A DNA stretch of 63,960 bases, the filler included, from Octopus bimaculoides (Eukaryota): the NCBI RefSeq assembly GCF_001194135.2. It is 6 parts of 6 records of this genome, joined end to end, with 100 filler letters (N's around TTAATTAATTAA, not from the genome) between each part and the next. Parts side by side here need not be neighbours in the genome. Positions count along the whole stretch, not along the records: positions 1 to 23,427 come from NC_068982.1; 5 more parts are not named here. One strand, 5' to 3'. The notes beneath the pieces are model-generated. The model saw only the letters and a program-made list of their open reading frames with translations, was not told the DNA's origin and ran no database searches. Positions 1 through 12,523 of this stretch are shown one piece after another (position 1 is the first letter of the stretch; every line of letters begins with the position of its first letter). A program made the position numbers and the translations under genes.

Positions 1-326
1 CCCTGGTACTATCAACTCGGATAGCTGGTCCCTCTGTTGGGTCGACATACGGCAGGCTCTCTTTCTCCCATTCATTCTCTTTATTAAGCAATCTATCGTA
101 GTGGCATCTCCAGACCTCTTTCTTTGCAGCCTCATTTAGTGCAAGCGTACCATCATCCATGCAAACACATTTCTCTCCTACAACATCACTATTCTCTCTC
201 CTACACTGTCTTGCAACACGAAATACCTCGAGTCTTTGGTCCTCACGGCGCAGAACATTGGCAAATCTTTTCTTATCTGCTTCCCCTCTGGCTAAATAAA
301 CCTGTCGCCTAGCCTCCCTTCTGGCA
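1..326 (-). mobile_element. RTE-clade LINE fragment (linker between endonuclease and RT), 5'-truncated, runs off the left edge
   Basis: Uninterrupted minus-strand frame ARREARRQVYLARGEADKKRFANVLRREDQRLEVFRVARQCRRENSDVVGEKCVCMDDGTLALNEAAKKEVWRCHYDRLLNKENEW..., typical of RTE ORF linkers (DVVGEKCV, W..HY..LLN.EN). The open frame and retained CpGs suggest a young copy. Confidence 0.85.
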
Positions 327-633
327 CATTGATACATAATCTATATATAATGTATACAAATTTGAATTGTCTGTAAGTATGTGAATTGCCTTGTATTTAA
401 TGACTACAAAATTAACATCAATAAATCCATGTATTATTTATTCACTATCTTACAGGGAAGTTTGTATAACTTTTATCTTGAAAAATAACAACTGAATCTC
501 TTTCAAACCACATTCTCTCAAGAAGAGGATGAAGACAAAAAGTTAAAATACAGTAGTATTAGCAGAAATGCAAAAAAACTGGACACGAGTCGTAATATCA
601 GAAAGAGATTTGAAAATTTGTTACACAACATAA

Positions 634-1030
634 GCGCAGGAGTGGCTGTGTGGTAAGTAGCTTGCTTACCAACCACATGGTTCCGGGTTCATTCTTACTG
701 CATGGCACCTTGGGCAAGTGTCTTCTACTATAGCCTCGGGCCGACCAAAGCCTTGTGAGTGGATTTAGTAGATGGAAACTGAAAGAAGCCCGTCGTATAT
801 ATGTATGTGTGTATGTGTTTGTGTGTCCGTGTTTGTCACCCCCAACATCGCTTGACAACCGATGCTGGTGTGTTTATGTCCCTGTAACCTAGCGGTTCGG
901 CAAAAGAGTCCGATAGAATAAGTACTAGGCTTCCAAAGAATAAGTCCTGGGGTCGATTTGCTTGACTAAAAGGTGGTGCTCCAGCATGGCCGCAGTCAAA
1001 TGACTGACACAAGTAAAAGAGTAAAAGAGT
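634..1030 (+). mobile_element. tRNA-derived SINE, family A, near full length
   Basis: A box TGGCTGTGTGG, B-box-like GGTTCATTC, CORE-like GGCACCTTGGGCAAGTG, internal (TG)n, tail ACAAGTAAAAGAGTAAAAGAG; many homologous copies in the window. Confidence 0.85.
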
Positions 1031-4000
1031 AACATCAAAATTATTTTTTTCTTCTTCCTTCAGTTTGCCACAACTCTTTTTTCCTCTTTCTTTTTGTCTT
1101 TTTCAAGTGGAACAAAGAGAGACAGAGAATGTGGGATACACATGAAGAAAGAGTTACATATAGTGAGGAGGTGATGATGTAGGTGAATCATTGACATGAA
1201 TAGTTCATAGTGAAATTCTTGAGAGAACCCCCCAATGAAACTACTATCATGAATAATGTTAAACATATTAGACACTGCAACATAATAATCTTTGATATCA
1301 GACGGAAAAAAAAAAAAAAAGAACCATAGATTTGCTTTATCAGGACATAGGTTAACCACAACATCAATACAATAATAAAGCTGTAAAAACTGGTAAAAGG
1401 AAAAGAATTTAAATACTCAATTAAGCAACCTAAATCAGAAACTCTGCTTCCAAATACAGAATCCTTTAAATACAACAATATGCAAATAGCAACAATGACT
1501 GATGTATACATTGCTGCCTTATGCATGCATATATTTGTATTAACAAATGTGAGACATATCTATACCTGATAAAACAACATGCAATTTGTCCTCAAAACAT
1601 ATTCTATCTCATCTAACAAGGAAGACTTAACATGGTACTGCAAAATATCAGAAACAGCAGCCAGAATTTCCCACAAACCACATCGTATTGTTTCATATAA
1701 GCTTACATACATGCATGAAGCAGCAAGAAAACCTTAATGTCAGATACTGCAGTTAATTGTCCCTCCAATCATATACTTCTGTCCTTTGATACAACCCCCA
1801 GGAATTACCAAGTACCTTTGATAGTATGTTATATATATTCTTTTACTGGTTTTAGTAAAAGAAAAGTGATGCCAAGCTAGGGCATCACTTTTAATAGCTA
1901 AGTTACTATTTTACATCAGCAAACACCAAGCAGGTTTGGTACACAAAAAACACCAGTTTTTGTGAACCAAATTCTACTTGTCGAAGAAAACTTCTTAACT
2001 ACACAACTGTGTTTGTATCAATATACACATTTGCCTTACTGTGAGCTCTCAGCTCTAGGAGTCACAGAGGCACTGTCATGACAACTTATCTTGGGTATTT
2101 TTAGACATGGTGGTCTCCATATCTCAACAGCCAATTTCTTCCAGAAAGAGAAAAAATTACCCAGTACAGGTGATCTTGGTGCAATCAATGCAATGCTCCA
2201 ATAACTCAGGCAATTTATCCATATGTATGTGTATGTGTATACACAGAGAGAATAGGAAGAAGGATAAAGTACACATGTAGTGTAACTATATGCAAAGCTT
2301 AATATAACATGCAGAAGCTAGCTCATATCCTTATTCTGTCAACTTCATGGTAACTGTTTAACTATTATCTTTCTTATACACGCACACACATGGATCCATA
2401 TACCTGCATGCCACTTGTTATTTCTGTTAGCTCATTTTCATTTTATTTATGTAAATCATCTGGGACATGAATGTGTTGTACTCTCTTTTTGTATTTGTCT
2501 AAATATCTTGTTTGCTGGAGAAAACATAGGACAACTGCTGGGCTGATGACATCAATTGAACACTGAATAAAGTAGAAACACATGTCCACAGCTGTTCTCC
2601 TGCTTCAAGACAACCAAACTGACTTTTTCCTTAATGGCATGTCAAATGTTGAAGAGTTTTTCAAATTATCCCTCATCCTTCTCATATCATGGCCCTAATT
2701 GTCACTAGGGAACTGTTCTCCTTCTCTGGAAGCAGAGATGACATCAATAAATCGAGAATATATTTTGTATGGTGTTTAATATACCCTTATTTGTCTTTAC
2801 TGTACATACATACATGCACACACACACACTACATACCCATACACAAATGCAGTCTGTAACTCATAACTACTTTCACCCATGTGCACATGTGTGACAAAGC
2901 AGTCATTCAACATGCTAGAAATGGCAACCTGAGCATCTAACATTGACATGGCCAAAATCACATTATCTGGTAGTTTTGGCAGTGGTGTGGCAGAGTTATC
3001 ACCTGCTAGCAATATAAACAAGAGTGTTTGTAAGTACCAAAAGCCCATATGAGAGGTTCTCACTTAGTAAATATCACAGTATTTTGTGTTCTAACATGAC
3101 ATCCACTTTTAAGTGGGGATAAATATTACTTTTTGGTATTCATACTGCTTTTGTTGCTAATAATTATTTTTACAATATAATGATATACAAAAGGACTGTA
3201 CAATCACAGCTGGAACACCTTTTATCATATGTCTGTTCAATGAAAACTAACACAAGGCTAATATATATATATAGCAACCATATCACTATCTAATCACACA
3301 CCTATAGTCCTAAATAAGGAAGGGCACATTTGACTATGAAGGCCTTGATATAACAAAGAAAGATGGAATGATGACAGTTGGAACACATTTTGTTACAGGT
3401 TTGCTCAATCGGGCCTAACCTGAGTAACCAATGTCAGAGCTTTTTGAGTACTGCAAGAAAAAGCAGCCAATCTTCTTCAAATCATGTATGCTTGTAACAG
3501 TTCTATCACAATGCTACATCAACACCTAAAGGAATATTTTCATGGTTTATCAACATGCTAAAAATAGCAGTTAAAGCATGGGTGAAAGGCTTTTATAGAT
3601 GGTTTGTTTAAGCTAGAAATAACCAAATTTCCTCCAAGTTATACATCTTATTACTTGAAAATCGAAATTCACCATATATGAAAACAATTGTGAATGTTAA
3701 ATATGTTATCTTTAAAAATCATGTGTTCACTCTACACACATACAGCTTTTACTCATTGCAGTCATTGGAATGCAGCCATAGTGGGACATCACAATGATGG
3801 GATTAGTCAATGAAATCAACTATAGTATTTACTTTTAAGTCTGGTACTACCAGTCTCTTTTTGTCAAACAGCTATATGACAAGCCAACATCAATTATCAA
3901 ACTGTAAGACACAAATACATACATATAAAAATTTACTCACAAGGCAGTGGTCAACCCAAGGCTGTAGTACTGAGGGACTGAACCAGAAACCACATGGTTG

Positions 4001-4384
4001 TGAAACAAATGGCTGTGTCAATAACACTACACACACTTAAATGTGAATGTTCTGTTACAACAAACTATATTGTGGTAGATACCATGAAAGAAACTCATAT
4101 TGGCTTTTGGTGCAAAATTCACTTGTTTATATCACTAGTGGGGAGAAAAATCCCTTCCATCTCCAATGCTGAAACAACCAGATCACATGATTTCGACCTT
4201 CCTTGGTCTTGTCAATGATGGACACTCAGCTGTTAGAGATAGCAGCAACTTATCTCCCCACCAGCAATATATAGAGAAACTGCTAGAACAGGTGCTGGTA
4301 TCGTGATTAGCCAGTGAGCTTGTTAGAAAATATATATTAGCAACAAAGGCAGTATTAATACTGAGAGGTAATATTCATTAGAAC

Positions 4385-4646
4385 AAACTATACTGCATGC
4401 AGTAGATACCACAAGAGAAACTCTCATACTGGCTTTTGATGCAAAATTGACTCTTGTTTATATTGCTAGTAGGGAGATAAATCTCCACCATCTCCAGTGC
4501 TAAGACCACCAAATCAGGTGATCTGGTAGTCTTGGCACTGGAGATGGCAGGTATTTATCTAATTGCTAGCAATATAAACAAGAATGTATTTTGCACCAAA
4601 AGCCAATATGAGAGTTTCTCTCATGGTATCTACTGCAGTATAGTTT
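4385..4646. mobile_element. Palindromic (foldback) MITE-like element; related degenerate copies at ~4062-4280 and ~2975-3070
   Basis: Arms of ~130 bp are reverse complements (AAACTATACTGC...GCAGTATAGTTT) around a very short loop; the same unit recurs twice nearby. Confidence 0.75.
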
Positions 4647-6445
4647 ACATTACCGGTACTAGGATCAATTGTTTATTCTCTCTCTGTGTGGAAGAAAATA
4701 GTTGTATTCAGATCTGGAGATGGGCTTCTACCAAGTTATATTTTATTCTTTTTTACTTGTTCCAGCCATTAGACTGCTGCCATGCTAGGGCACCACCTTG
4801 AAAAATTTTAGTTAAAAGACTCCTAGATACTGAACCTGAGATCATGTGACTGGGAAGTGTGAACTTCTTAATGACACAGTCCTGTCTGTATCCATGGTGG
4901 ATTTAAGCTCAGATTAAAAAGGAGGATAACTAAATACAACAAAACACTTTATTCAATGCTTTGTGTGTTTAAGGTGTTTCCTTTGAAACTATATAGTTAC
5001 AAGTTCAGTCCCACTGCATGACAGCTTGGCCAAATCTCTAAGCCAGCCAATTCCTTGTGAGTGGAATTGAAAGATGGAAATTGTATGGAAGCCTATCATA
5101 TTACATTGTGTGTGTTTACATTCTGCAACAGCTTCACTTGAAATTGCTCAGGTAAAAGCAACTGACAATTCTCTGTTGACAAATTGTCTTGCACTTCACT
5201 TTTTAAGTGAAGTAAAATAAAAAAACCCTTACTTGAAAAACACATAAGAGTTAGCCACAGGAAGAGCACCAGGCTGTAAAAGAATGCCTCAAAAATATGC
5301 CCACATCCAATTTTAAATAAATTAATTAATAAGTTTGTTAAATGATAATAAACTATTTTTCTTTGTTTCCGTGTTGTTCTGTTCTTGATTAATATCCAAA
5401 TGTAATACTATTTATACAAATCCATAAGAATGTTACAGCTTTATAAGAAAATGATATATGCTTGAGTAGGTTTGAATAGACATCCTTGGTTGTTCGGGAA
5501 AAATAAAATCTCAATATTTATTTTTCTAATTTGACTGAGACCCAAGAATACTAATAATGAACTTGTGAGATTTGGATAAAAATAAAATAAGAGCTGCATC
5601 AAATACCTGTAAGAAGATAAATACTCTCAGCATTTGCAAAGAAAAATTTATTTGTTCAATGATTAAATCCTAGGTTTATTCAATTCATTTATACCTATAT
5701 TACTAAATATTAGTATATTCCTGTAAGCTGAAAAATGACAAATTATCTGTTAGTAAGTATTTATACATTTCTCTTAAGTCAATGCAGGTTTTAGAGGTGG
5801 AATATTTGAAATATAAATATTCCATGAGATTGGGATTTTTGGAAGTTAGTCAAGAATAACAATGGTAGCAAATGTCCAAATATCCCTACAAAAAGAAAAA
5901 AAAAGTACCAGTGAGAAGATTAAATTTCATGCCTTGAGAGGAAAAAAAACCTTTTATATCCTGTCAGATATTAAATTTCCTTTTGTTTTTTAGAAAATGG
6001 AATCCCCCACCCAATCTTCTCAAGCTAAGTAATATAGAAATGAAGATGTATTAGAGTTAAATAACTAGTTACAACCAAACTGTAAATGAGCAAGGTGTTA
6101 ATATTCCTAATATAGAGGCTTTAGGAAACAAACAAGAACTGAATAAGAAAAAAAAAAAAAAACACAGAACCTATTCTATGTATTGTTCTGTTCATGCATT
6201 AGAAGAGAAAAAGTGGAGAGATTTCATAGTGTGAAATTCTGGCACAAGTTCCAGCTTTGGGAGGAGACATGGCCAAGTTGGAAATTAATGTGAATGAGCA
6301 ACATCATAGCTAAGGTAGTAAAATTTTCTGGTTAAAATTTTTTTAAAGAAATTTTAATTTTTTTTAAAGCAAAAAGTATTGAGAGAAATTTGGGTGAAAT
6401 AGACATGATCCTTGCTATGAAGTTATGAAGGTGTTAAGTATGTTT

Positions 6446-6516
6446 TCATGACTTAGTGCTACTGGCATAAAATCCCTTCATACCCATTTTCACTGTCTTC
6501 TCTGCAAGAACCGTGC
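6446..6516 (-). CDS. Candidate terminal exon (G)TVLAEKTVKMGMKGFYASSTKS*
   Basis: Good acceptor tttctttctttatttag|GC, open phase-1 frame to TGA; an internal GTATGA donor is also possible; no homology recognised. Confidence 0.3.
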
Positions 6517-7167
6517 CTAAATAAAGAAAGAAAAACATTGTTTTTAAAGACATGTTTATTTATGGTCATGTGCAATCTCTGATGAAGACATTTTCTTCAT
6601 TACAAAAAAAGTGTCTTTTCCTGTCAAATTGAAACAGACGAAAGAGGAACTTGGCAACTATATGTATTCTAGTTCACAATGATTGTTAACTAAATATTTT
6701 AAATATAAAGACTTTGATGTATATGACATGCTAAACTAAGTGAAGAAAATAGTAAAAAAAAGAAAGAGATTAAAAAGAACACAAGAAATGGACAATTATT
6801 TAAATAACTAAAATACATATGGAACTGTTTGTTTTTGGGCAATGGAGGAGGAAGGATTAACTACAACTAAAATATCCAGTCTAACACTGCTAACCACATT
6901 ACTATGAAATTGAAATGGCACCTACAACAATCTAGGTATACTGAAATGAGCAGAGTAATCAATATTTTTCATATATTTTATAATAAAACACATAAGAATA
7001 AATATTAACTCTAATAAGAAAATCTATAGATATTGTACAAAATCATCAAAAGAAACATGCCAGATATCAAACAGAAATTGCTAGATTAGCCCCGAAAATA
7101 AAACCTGCTCACTACAACAGAATTTTTATTTTCTGTCACTGCTTTACATTAATTTTTTCATGTTTAA

Positions 7168-7387
7168 CCCTTTAGTGCTTAAACAGGCCATATCCAGCCC
7201 AAATATTCTACATGTTTTATATTCAAACTGGCAATATCTAGCCTCTCACACTTAACCTACATTGACATTCTAAAAATAAACAATCACATCATTGAAACCT
7301 CAAAGCTATAAGATAATGCATGACTAATTCAAAACAATTTGAGTGAAAAAGTATTACATATAACAGAGTAATCTGAACACTAAAGGG
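7168..7387. mobile_element. piggyBac-derived MITE
   Basis: TTAA|CCCTTTAGTG ... CACTAAAGGG|TTAA; same ends as the element at 17284-19301. Confidence 0.85.
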
Positions 7388-7664
7388 TTAAATATATGGG
7401 ATTAGTATTTACTGGAGCAGCAATTTCTTATTGTTTGAGGACCTCATCACTACTAAATCCAAAAGTCATAAGCTTTGTTCATAGAGATGAAAAACATACT
7501 AAGCTGATAAAACAGATAAATGTAAGTAATTTCTAAAGTTCAATGCACAATAGCTTAAGATGATTTTCAGAAATTCATTCAATTCAGCACTTTTTCAAAC
7601 CATTATAGACAATAAAAGTTATAATAAAGCGCTTTTGAACAGAATCATAAATGAAAATCCTCAC

Positions 7665-7709
7665 CTCTTAATGTGACTGATTCAAAATCTTTTTGCTATT
7701 TACATCTAA
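7665..7709 (-). other. Candidate 45-nt exon with a stop in every frame (best frame xRCK*QKDFESVTLR-G)
   Basis: Acceptor ttttattgtcag| and donor GAG|GTGAGG; phase 1 end matches the 6516 exon; in-frame TAG at 7696-7698. Confidence 0.25.
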
Positions 7710-8039
7710 CTGACAATAAAAAAAATTGATAAGTCTACCATTAGTGAAATGAAATAGCTTTCTTTTTATGATAACAGACACTGAAATATATATCACATTG
7801 CAAGCCATTGTTAAATTATGTCAAATATTTGATGCTATGAAGAATACTTATTCATAAAGAAATATTTTTTGACTAGGTACAAATCTATGGAAAAAAAAAA
7901 AAAAGATATTAGCTGGTATTCATTCCTTCAACCATAGGAGAATGAAAAGCTAAGTTGACCCACAACATGAACTGAACTCAAAATGAGTGTTCTGCTCATG
8001 TAGCAAAATGTAACAAATCATATACTAAACAAACTAATA

Positions 8040-10250
8040 AGATATAAATAAATATTAAGGTTTAGCTGTAGTCTGATGAATGTGAAATGCATGTATATGA
8101 ATGATATAAATGGTGACAAATGTATACATGTGATTGTTTGGCAAATGTGTAATAATTGAAAGTGCATGAGGAAAGGTGTAGGCAGGAATTCCATTTGATG
8201 TACTTAGTGTAATCACAGGAAAGTTAACAGAGAAAGTAGTATTCATGTGTAGAAGCACATGAGCCGTAGAGTCTACATATATATGGGAAATGGATTTTTT
8301 TTAATGCCCTGGAGGCTCTCTAGAGGTTGTAGATAATTTCTGTTACCTAGGTGACATAATTAGCAGTGGAAAGGATATTCCAAGAGTGTAATTACTAGAA
8401 TAAGAAGAGGATAGAAAAAATTAAAATAGCTTTTACTTCTGTTGGCAACCAAAGCTCTCTCCCTTGGAGTGAATGGTGCTTGTGCATAAACTGCAATGCT
8501 ACATGGTAGCAAGATGTGGTGCCTGAATGCAGAAGATACATGAAGATTAGAGAGAAATCAGCATCATCATCATTATCGTTTAACGTCCGCTTTCCATGCT
8601 GGCATAGGTTGGGCAGTTTGACTGAGGATTGGTGAGCCAGAGGCTGCACCAGGCTCAATTTGTTCTGGCAATGTTTCTACAGCTGGATGCTCTTCCTAAC
8701 GCCAACCACTCTGAGAGTGTAGTGGGTGCTTTTTACGTGCCACTGGCACGAGGAACAGTCAGGCGGTTCTGGCAATGACCACGCTCATGCTCAAAAGGTA
8801 TTTTTACGTGCTACCTGCATGGGAGCCAGTCCGGCGGCACTGGCAATGACCATGCTCGAATATTGTTTCTCAGGTGCCACCAGCACATGAACCGGTAAGG
8901 CGATGCTGGGTATGATCATGCTTGAATGGTGCTTTTCACGTGTCACCGGCACGGGAGCCAATCCGTAGCCCTGTGCTTTTGACATTCCACCGGCACGAGT
9001 GCCAATCAGGCGGTACTGTCATCAGCTATGTCAGCGATAAAGAAATAAAGTGAGTATGCTCATTGGATGTGCAATGTCAGTGTACATGTATGAAAGAATG
9101 CTAGTATATTGCGAGAAAATTAGGCATAAAAGGAATTAGATGTAATGTGCAAGAGAAAAGACTACACTGATTTGGTCATGTGATGCATATGGTTGAGAAC
9201 AGGTGCATAAAGAAGTGTCAGTCACTTAAAGTGAATGGAATTTGTGGAAGAGGGAGACCCAGGAAGACCTGGGCCGATATAGTGAGGGCACCAATCTCAA
9301 GATGCTGAGCCTTAAGAAGGCGGTGACAAAGGACCAAAATATCTGGTGCTTTGCTATGCTTGAAAACATCTGCCCACTACAACAAAATTAATATCCTAAA
9401 AACAACTTGGAAAATGCTTGTATATGGTGAAGCTCTGCTCCACCTCTATTCTCTGCCCCAAAAAGCTTCTCCGTACTCTCATCACTTCTTTATCTCTGAT
9501 ATTATCTGTCTATCATAATCACCTGATAGGCACATACTATGCACCTCACCCTTTCATTACTTCTTCTCATAACCACTTCCATTTCTCGCATCTTTTTCTG
9601 GCCATGTTCTCTCCTCTTTGCTATACTCCATCCACCTCTTTCATCCCCTATCTCTCCCAATGCCCACACATATGTAACATAACCTCCTCTCCCTTGAGCC
9701 ATTCTTACATCTCTCATCCTCAATTACTACAGCCACTCTATTCCAGCAAACCATCTCCCCTTATAATCATATGAAATTTTCCCCTGTCCCCCTCCTAATC
9801 CAATCCTCTGTACCATTTCACCTATATTCTTCCCCATTGTGCCTTGAGGGTATGTCCTGACACATATCCGCCACCATCTCTCCCACTCTATCTTTCTCTC
9901 CAAGTCTTCTCCAACTAGGATGTCTTTGTATCTCTTTTACAGTAAGATGCCTATCTCTATCCCTCTCTCATTCTTTTAACCTCACATCAACTGGTACAAA
10001 GCCACCTCTCTCAATACTATTCCCACCTCCTCCCAGTTGAGGTGAATGTCTTGTCTTGTAAGCTGCTCGGTGACTCCACCAGTGTTGGTGCCACACAAAA
10101 GCCCCACTTAGCATTAAGAAAGGTATCCAACCATAGAAACCAGGCCAAAACAGACAACAGAACTTGGCAGAGCCCTCTGGCTTGCCAGCTCTTATCAAAC
10201 TGTCCAACCCATGCCAGCATGGAGAATGGACATTAAGTGATGATGATGTG
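8040..10250 (+). mobile_element. Decayed RTE LINE 3' portion (post-RT Cys-rich region, 3' ORF end, pyrimidine-rich 3' UTR, (GAT)n tail), interrupted by an insertion
   Basis: Degenerate translation ...PGGSLEVVDNFCYLGDIISSG...TAMLHGSKMWCLNAED | ...FGHVM...GRGRPRKTW...; ends in CCATGCCAGCATGGAGAATGGACATTAAGTGATGATGATG. Confidence 0.75.
8557..9037 (-). mobile_element. Family C element (RTE-type 3' tail) with ~4.5 internal ~65-bp tandem units, nested in the RTE LINE
   Basis: Reverse complement ends CCTATGCCAGCATGGAAAGCGGACGTTAAACGATAATGATGATGATG; repeated TTTTACGTGCCAC..GGCACG units; splits the LINE frame at RLERN/RNKVS with a short AGAAAT duplication. Confidence 0.7.
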
Positions 10251-10561
10251 CAAGCTATGGAATAAGTAAATATGACCAGTTGGTCTGTGCACATATCTAA
10301 TATATTCACTATTGTATTAATATAAATATGTGAGTGATATATTACTATGTTAATGCCCAGCCGTCTATAATTATCTAGGTGTCAATCATCTAATTACACA
10401 TCAAAGAGCAATATTGATTTCATCATTCTGTTGGAAGTTAGAGCTTAAAACCTCAAGTCAAAGAAACTGAGATTAGTAATAGGAAGATTGTAATTTGGCT
10501 TCTTGTTAGAGCTTTGTCAGCTCTGCAACTATTAAATTATAGCATGCTTTAATTTATTCAC

Positions 10562-10597
10562 GGCGATGTACAATAGTGCAAACTTGACAATTAAGTT
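10562..10597 (-). other. Candidate 36-nt symmetric exon (xLNCQVCTIVHR or NLIVKFALLYIA)
   Basis: ttttcatcag| acceptor, |GTGAAT donor, two open frames; could be chance. Confidence 0.22.
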
Positions 10598-10669
10598 CTG
10601 ATGAAAATTACAGAAGGTGCTACACAAATAAATAAATTATTTAACTTCCATTTTTTCTATCATCGTAGA

Positions 10670-10880
10670 CATCCATAGAGTGGTGGATTGACAGAATCTT
10701 TAAAGCAAAAAGAGCCTTGTGGAATTTCATCACGGTTTTTACTTTCTGAGTTCAAATACTGCTAAGGCCAACTTTTCTGTCATCTCTCTGGGGTAGATAA
10801 AACAAAGCACCAGTCAAATACCAGGAGTTGATGGAAGTATCTACACCCCAACTTACAAAACTGCTGACTTTGTATCATGA
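10670..10880 (+). mobile_element. tRNA-derived SINE, family B, degenerate
   Basis: GAGTGGTGGATTGACAGAATC...CTGAGTTCAAATAC...GGCCAACTTTTCTGTCATC...GATAAAACAAAGCACCAG; homologous to copies at 15330-15485(-), 26750-26890(+), 40585-40790(-), 48430-48520(+). Confidence 0.65.
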
Positions 10881-11337
10881 ATAATAGCTTCACTAGCTGT
10901 CCAAAAGGACAATCAATGATTCATGCATTGTTGAGAGGAAATTTTTGAATTGAAACAGATGTTTGAATATAAGTTGAGTATAAAATTTCAAATTGGAATT
11001 TATGACAATACAAGAATCAAATTCCTGATCTTCCTGTTATTGATCCTCAATATTGGTTCATAAAATATATTTACAGCAAGAACTCCTATGCAATATGATG
11101 CTGCTTTAGATAATAATCATGAATGAATATGTAGAGTTAAATCAAACATTTCATCAAATGTTTGATTGTTTGGAATAGATTAAACTCCACTAAATTCAAT
11201 CAAATATAAAGAGGACATGTTTTTAGATGTGATAAAAAAAAGAAAAAAAAAAGTAAGCAGTATCTATAATATCAGTTGCTTTTTAAGAGCATATTCAGAC
11301 TAAGAACCCTCTTTATTTTTTGTAGATCAGTTATCTT

Positions 11338-11387
11338 TCATAGTGACAAGATATCCTTCATAATGTCAACAAAATACATAGTGTTAC
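11338..11387 (-). CDS. Candidate exon (G)NTMYFVDIMKDILSL*
   Basis: Acceptor cattttattacag|GT; phase 1 matches the donor at 12441; ends in TGA. Confidence 0.3.
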
Positions 11388-12440
11388 CTGTAATAAAATG
11401 AAGTACTCAGCTAAATTCTTAAAGAAAAATTTAGTAAAATAACTTAGTCATTATTAGATTGATGTTTGGAACATAACATGAAATTTTGATAGGTTTCAAT
11501 CTAAATCACTTTAAAACAAGGAGTTTGTATCATTGAATTAGTGGTGAATTAAGGTTGGCTGGTATCAAAAGGGCTAATCTACTGAAGCTATCATGTAAAC
11601 ACTAAAATAAAATGAACAAGTTATCAAATTAGAATTACTGCAGTTTATTAAGTTATAATGTGCAAAAAAATGTTTAATTTGAAAGCTTACTATATCTCAA
11701 TCCCAACGTCTCATATACAGAGTAGTAAATACTAAGATAAAATAATGGAGACCAAAAATTAAAAAAAAAAAACTTAACTCCAAAAATTAAATGAAACATC
11801 TATCAAAAATAAAATCTACAGTAGTTATATTGGAAGAAAATAAAAAATAATTTACTATTTGAAGATACATATATGTCAGTGCAAATATGCATATATTGTA
11901 TGCATGTGTGTGTGCATACACACACACACACATTTATGCCCAATCTCACAAATGTGCAATGGAAGATGAAAGCGTCAAATGGACAAGTCAACAATTCAGT
12001 ATTATGCGCTCATATGAAACTGAGTTATATTATCTGTGAAAAGCTACCATTACATCTTAGAGGAGATATCTTGCTCACACAACATTTTTGAAACCAGCTC
12101 TGCTTATAGGGGCTTGCAGCAATAACTTCATTAGTACTACTGGTGTTGAATGTAAAACAGAAGATATTGAATAGGTCTAACCCGACAAGATGTGTATTAG
12201 CTGCTGAATAGAGAAAATAGTTTAAGATGTGTAAGAAATGTTTTTAAAAACAAGTACTTGCCTTTCTAGTTAGGCTTTAGTGACAAATCATTTGATAAAT
12301 GAACAATCAAAATACCATATAGATAAATACATAGTTGGGTAATCATTATAATCCAATACAGTTCATGCTAGGCTTTATGTGACAAATACAATAAATGACA
12401 AAAAAAAAGAAAAAAAAAGTCTAATTTAACACTTACTAAC

Positions 12441-12523
12441 CAACAGAATCAATTAAAAGCCAGTCTTCAGTATTTAAAGCACGATCTAAAGATTTAAGCT
12501 TTCTTCTCCATTGAGGTGAAGGT
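12441..12523 (-). CDS. Candidate exon PSPQWRRKLKSLDRALNTEDWLLIDSV-G lacking a canonical AG acceptor
   Basis: Donor G|GTTAGT; phase-compatible with exon 16142-16290 upstream and 11387 downstream; acceptor position reads ttctttgAA; nearest canonical AG is at 12628-12629. Confidence 0.35.

Noticed and set aside
634-720. tRNA-like A and B boxes in SINE heads
   Set aside because: They continue into SINE bodies and do not fold as cloverleaves, so they are not tRNA genes
8730-9037. Regularly spaced ~65-bp repeats resembling a CRISPR array
   Set aside because: Whole units are degenerate copies with no unique spacers, inside a retroelement in a eukaryote, and no cas genes are present
9418-9774. 118-aa and 73-aa overlapping ORFs
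   Set aside because: They lie in the pyrimidine-rich 3' UTR of the RTE LINE and are compositional artefacts
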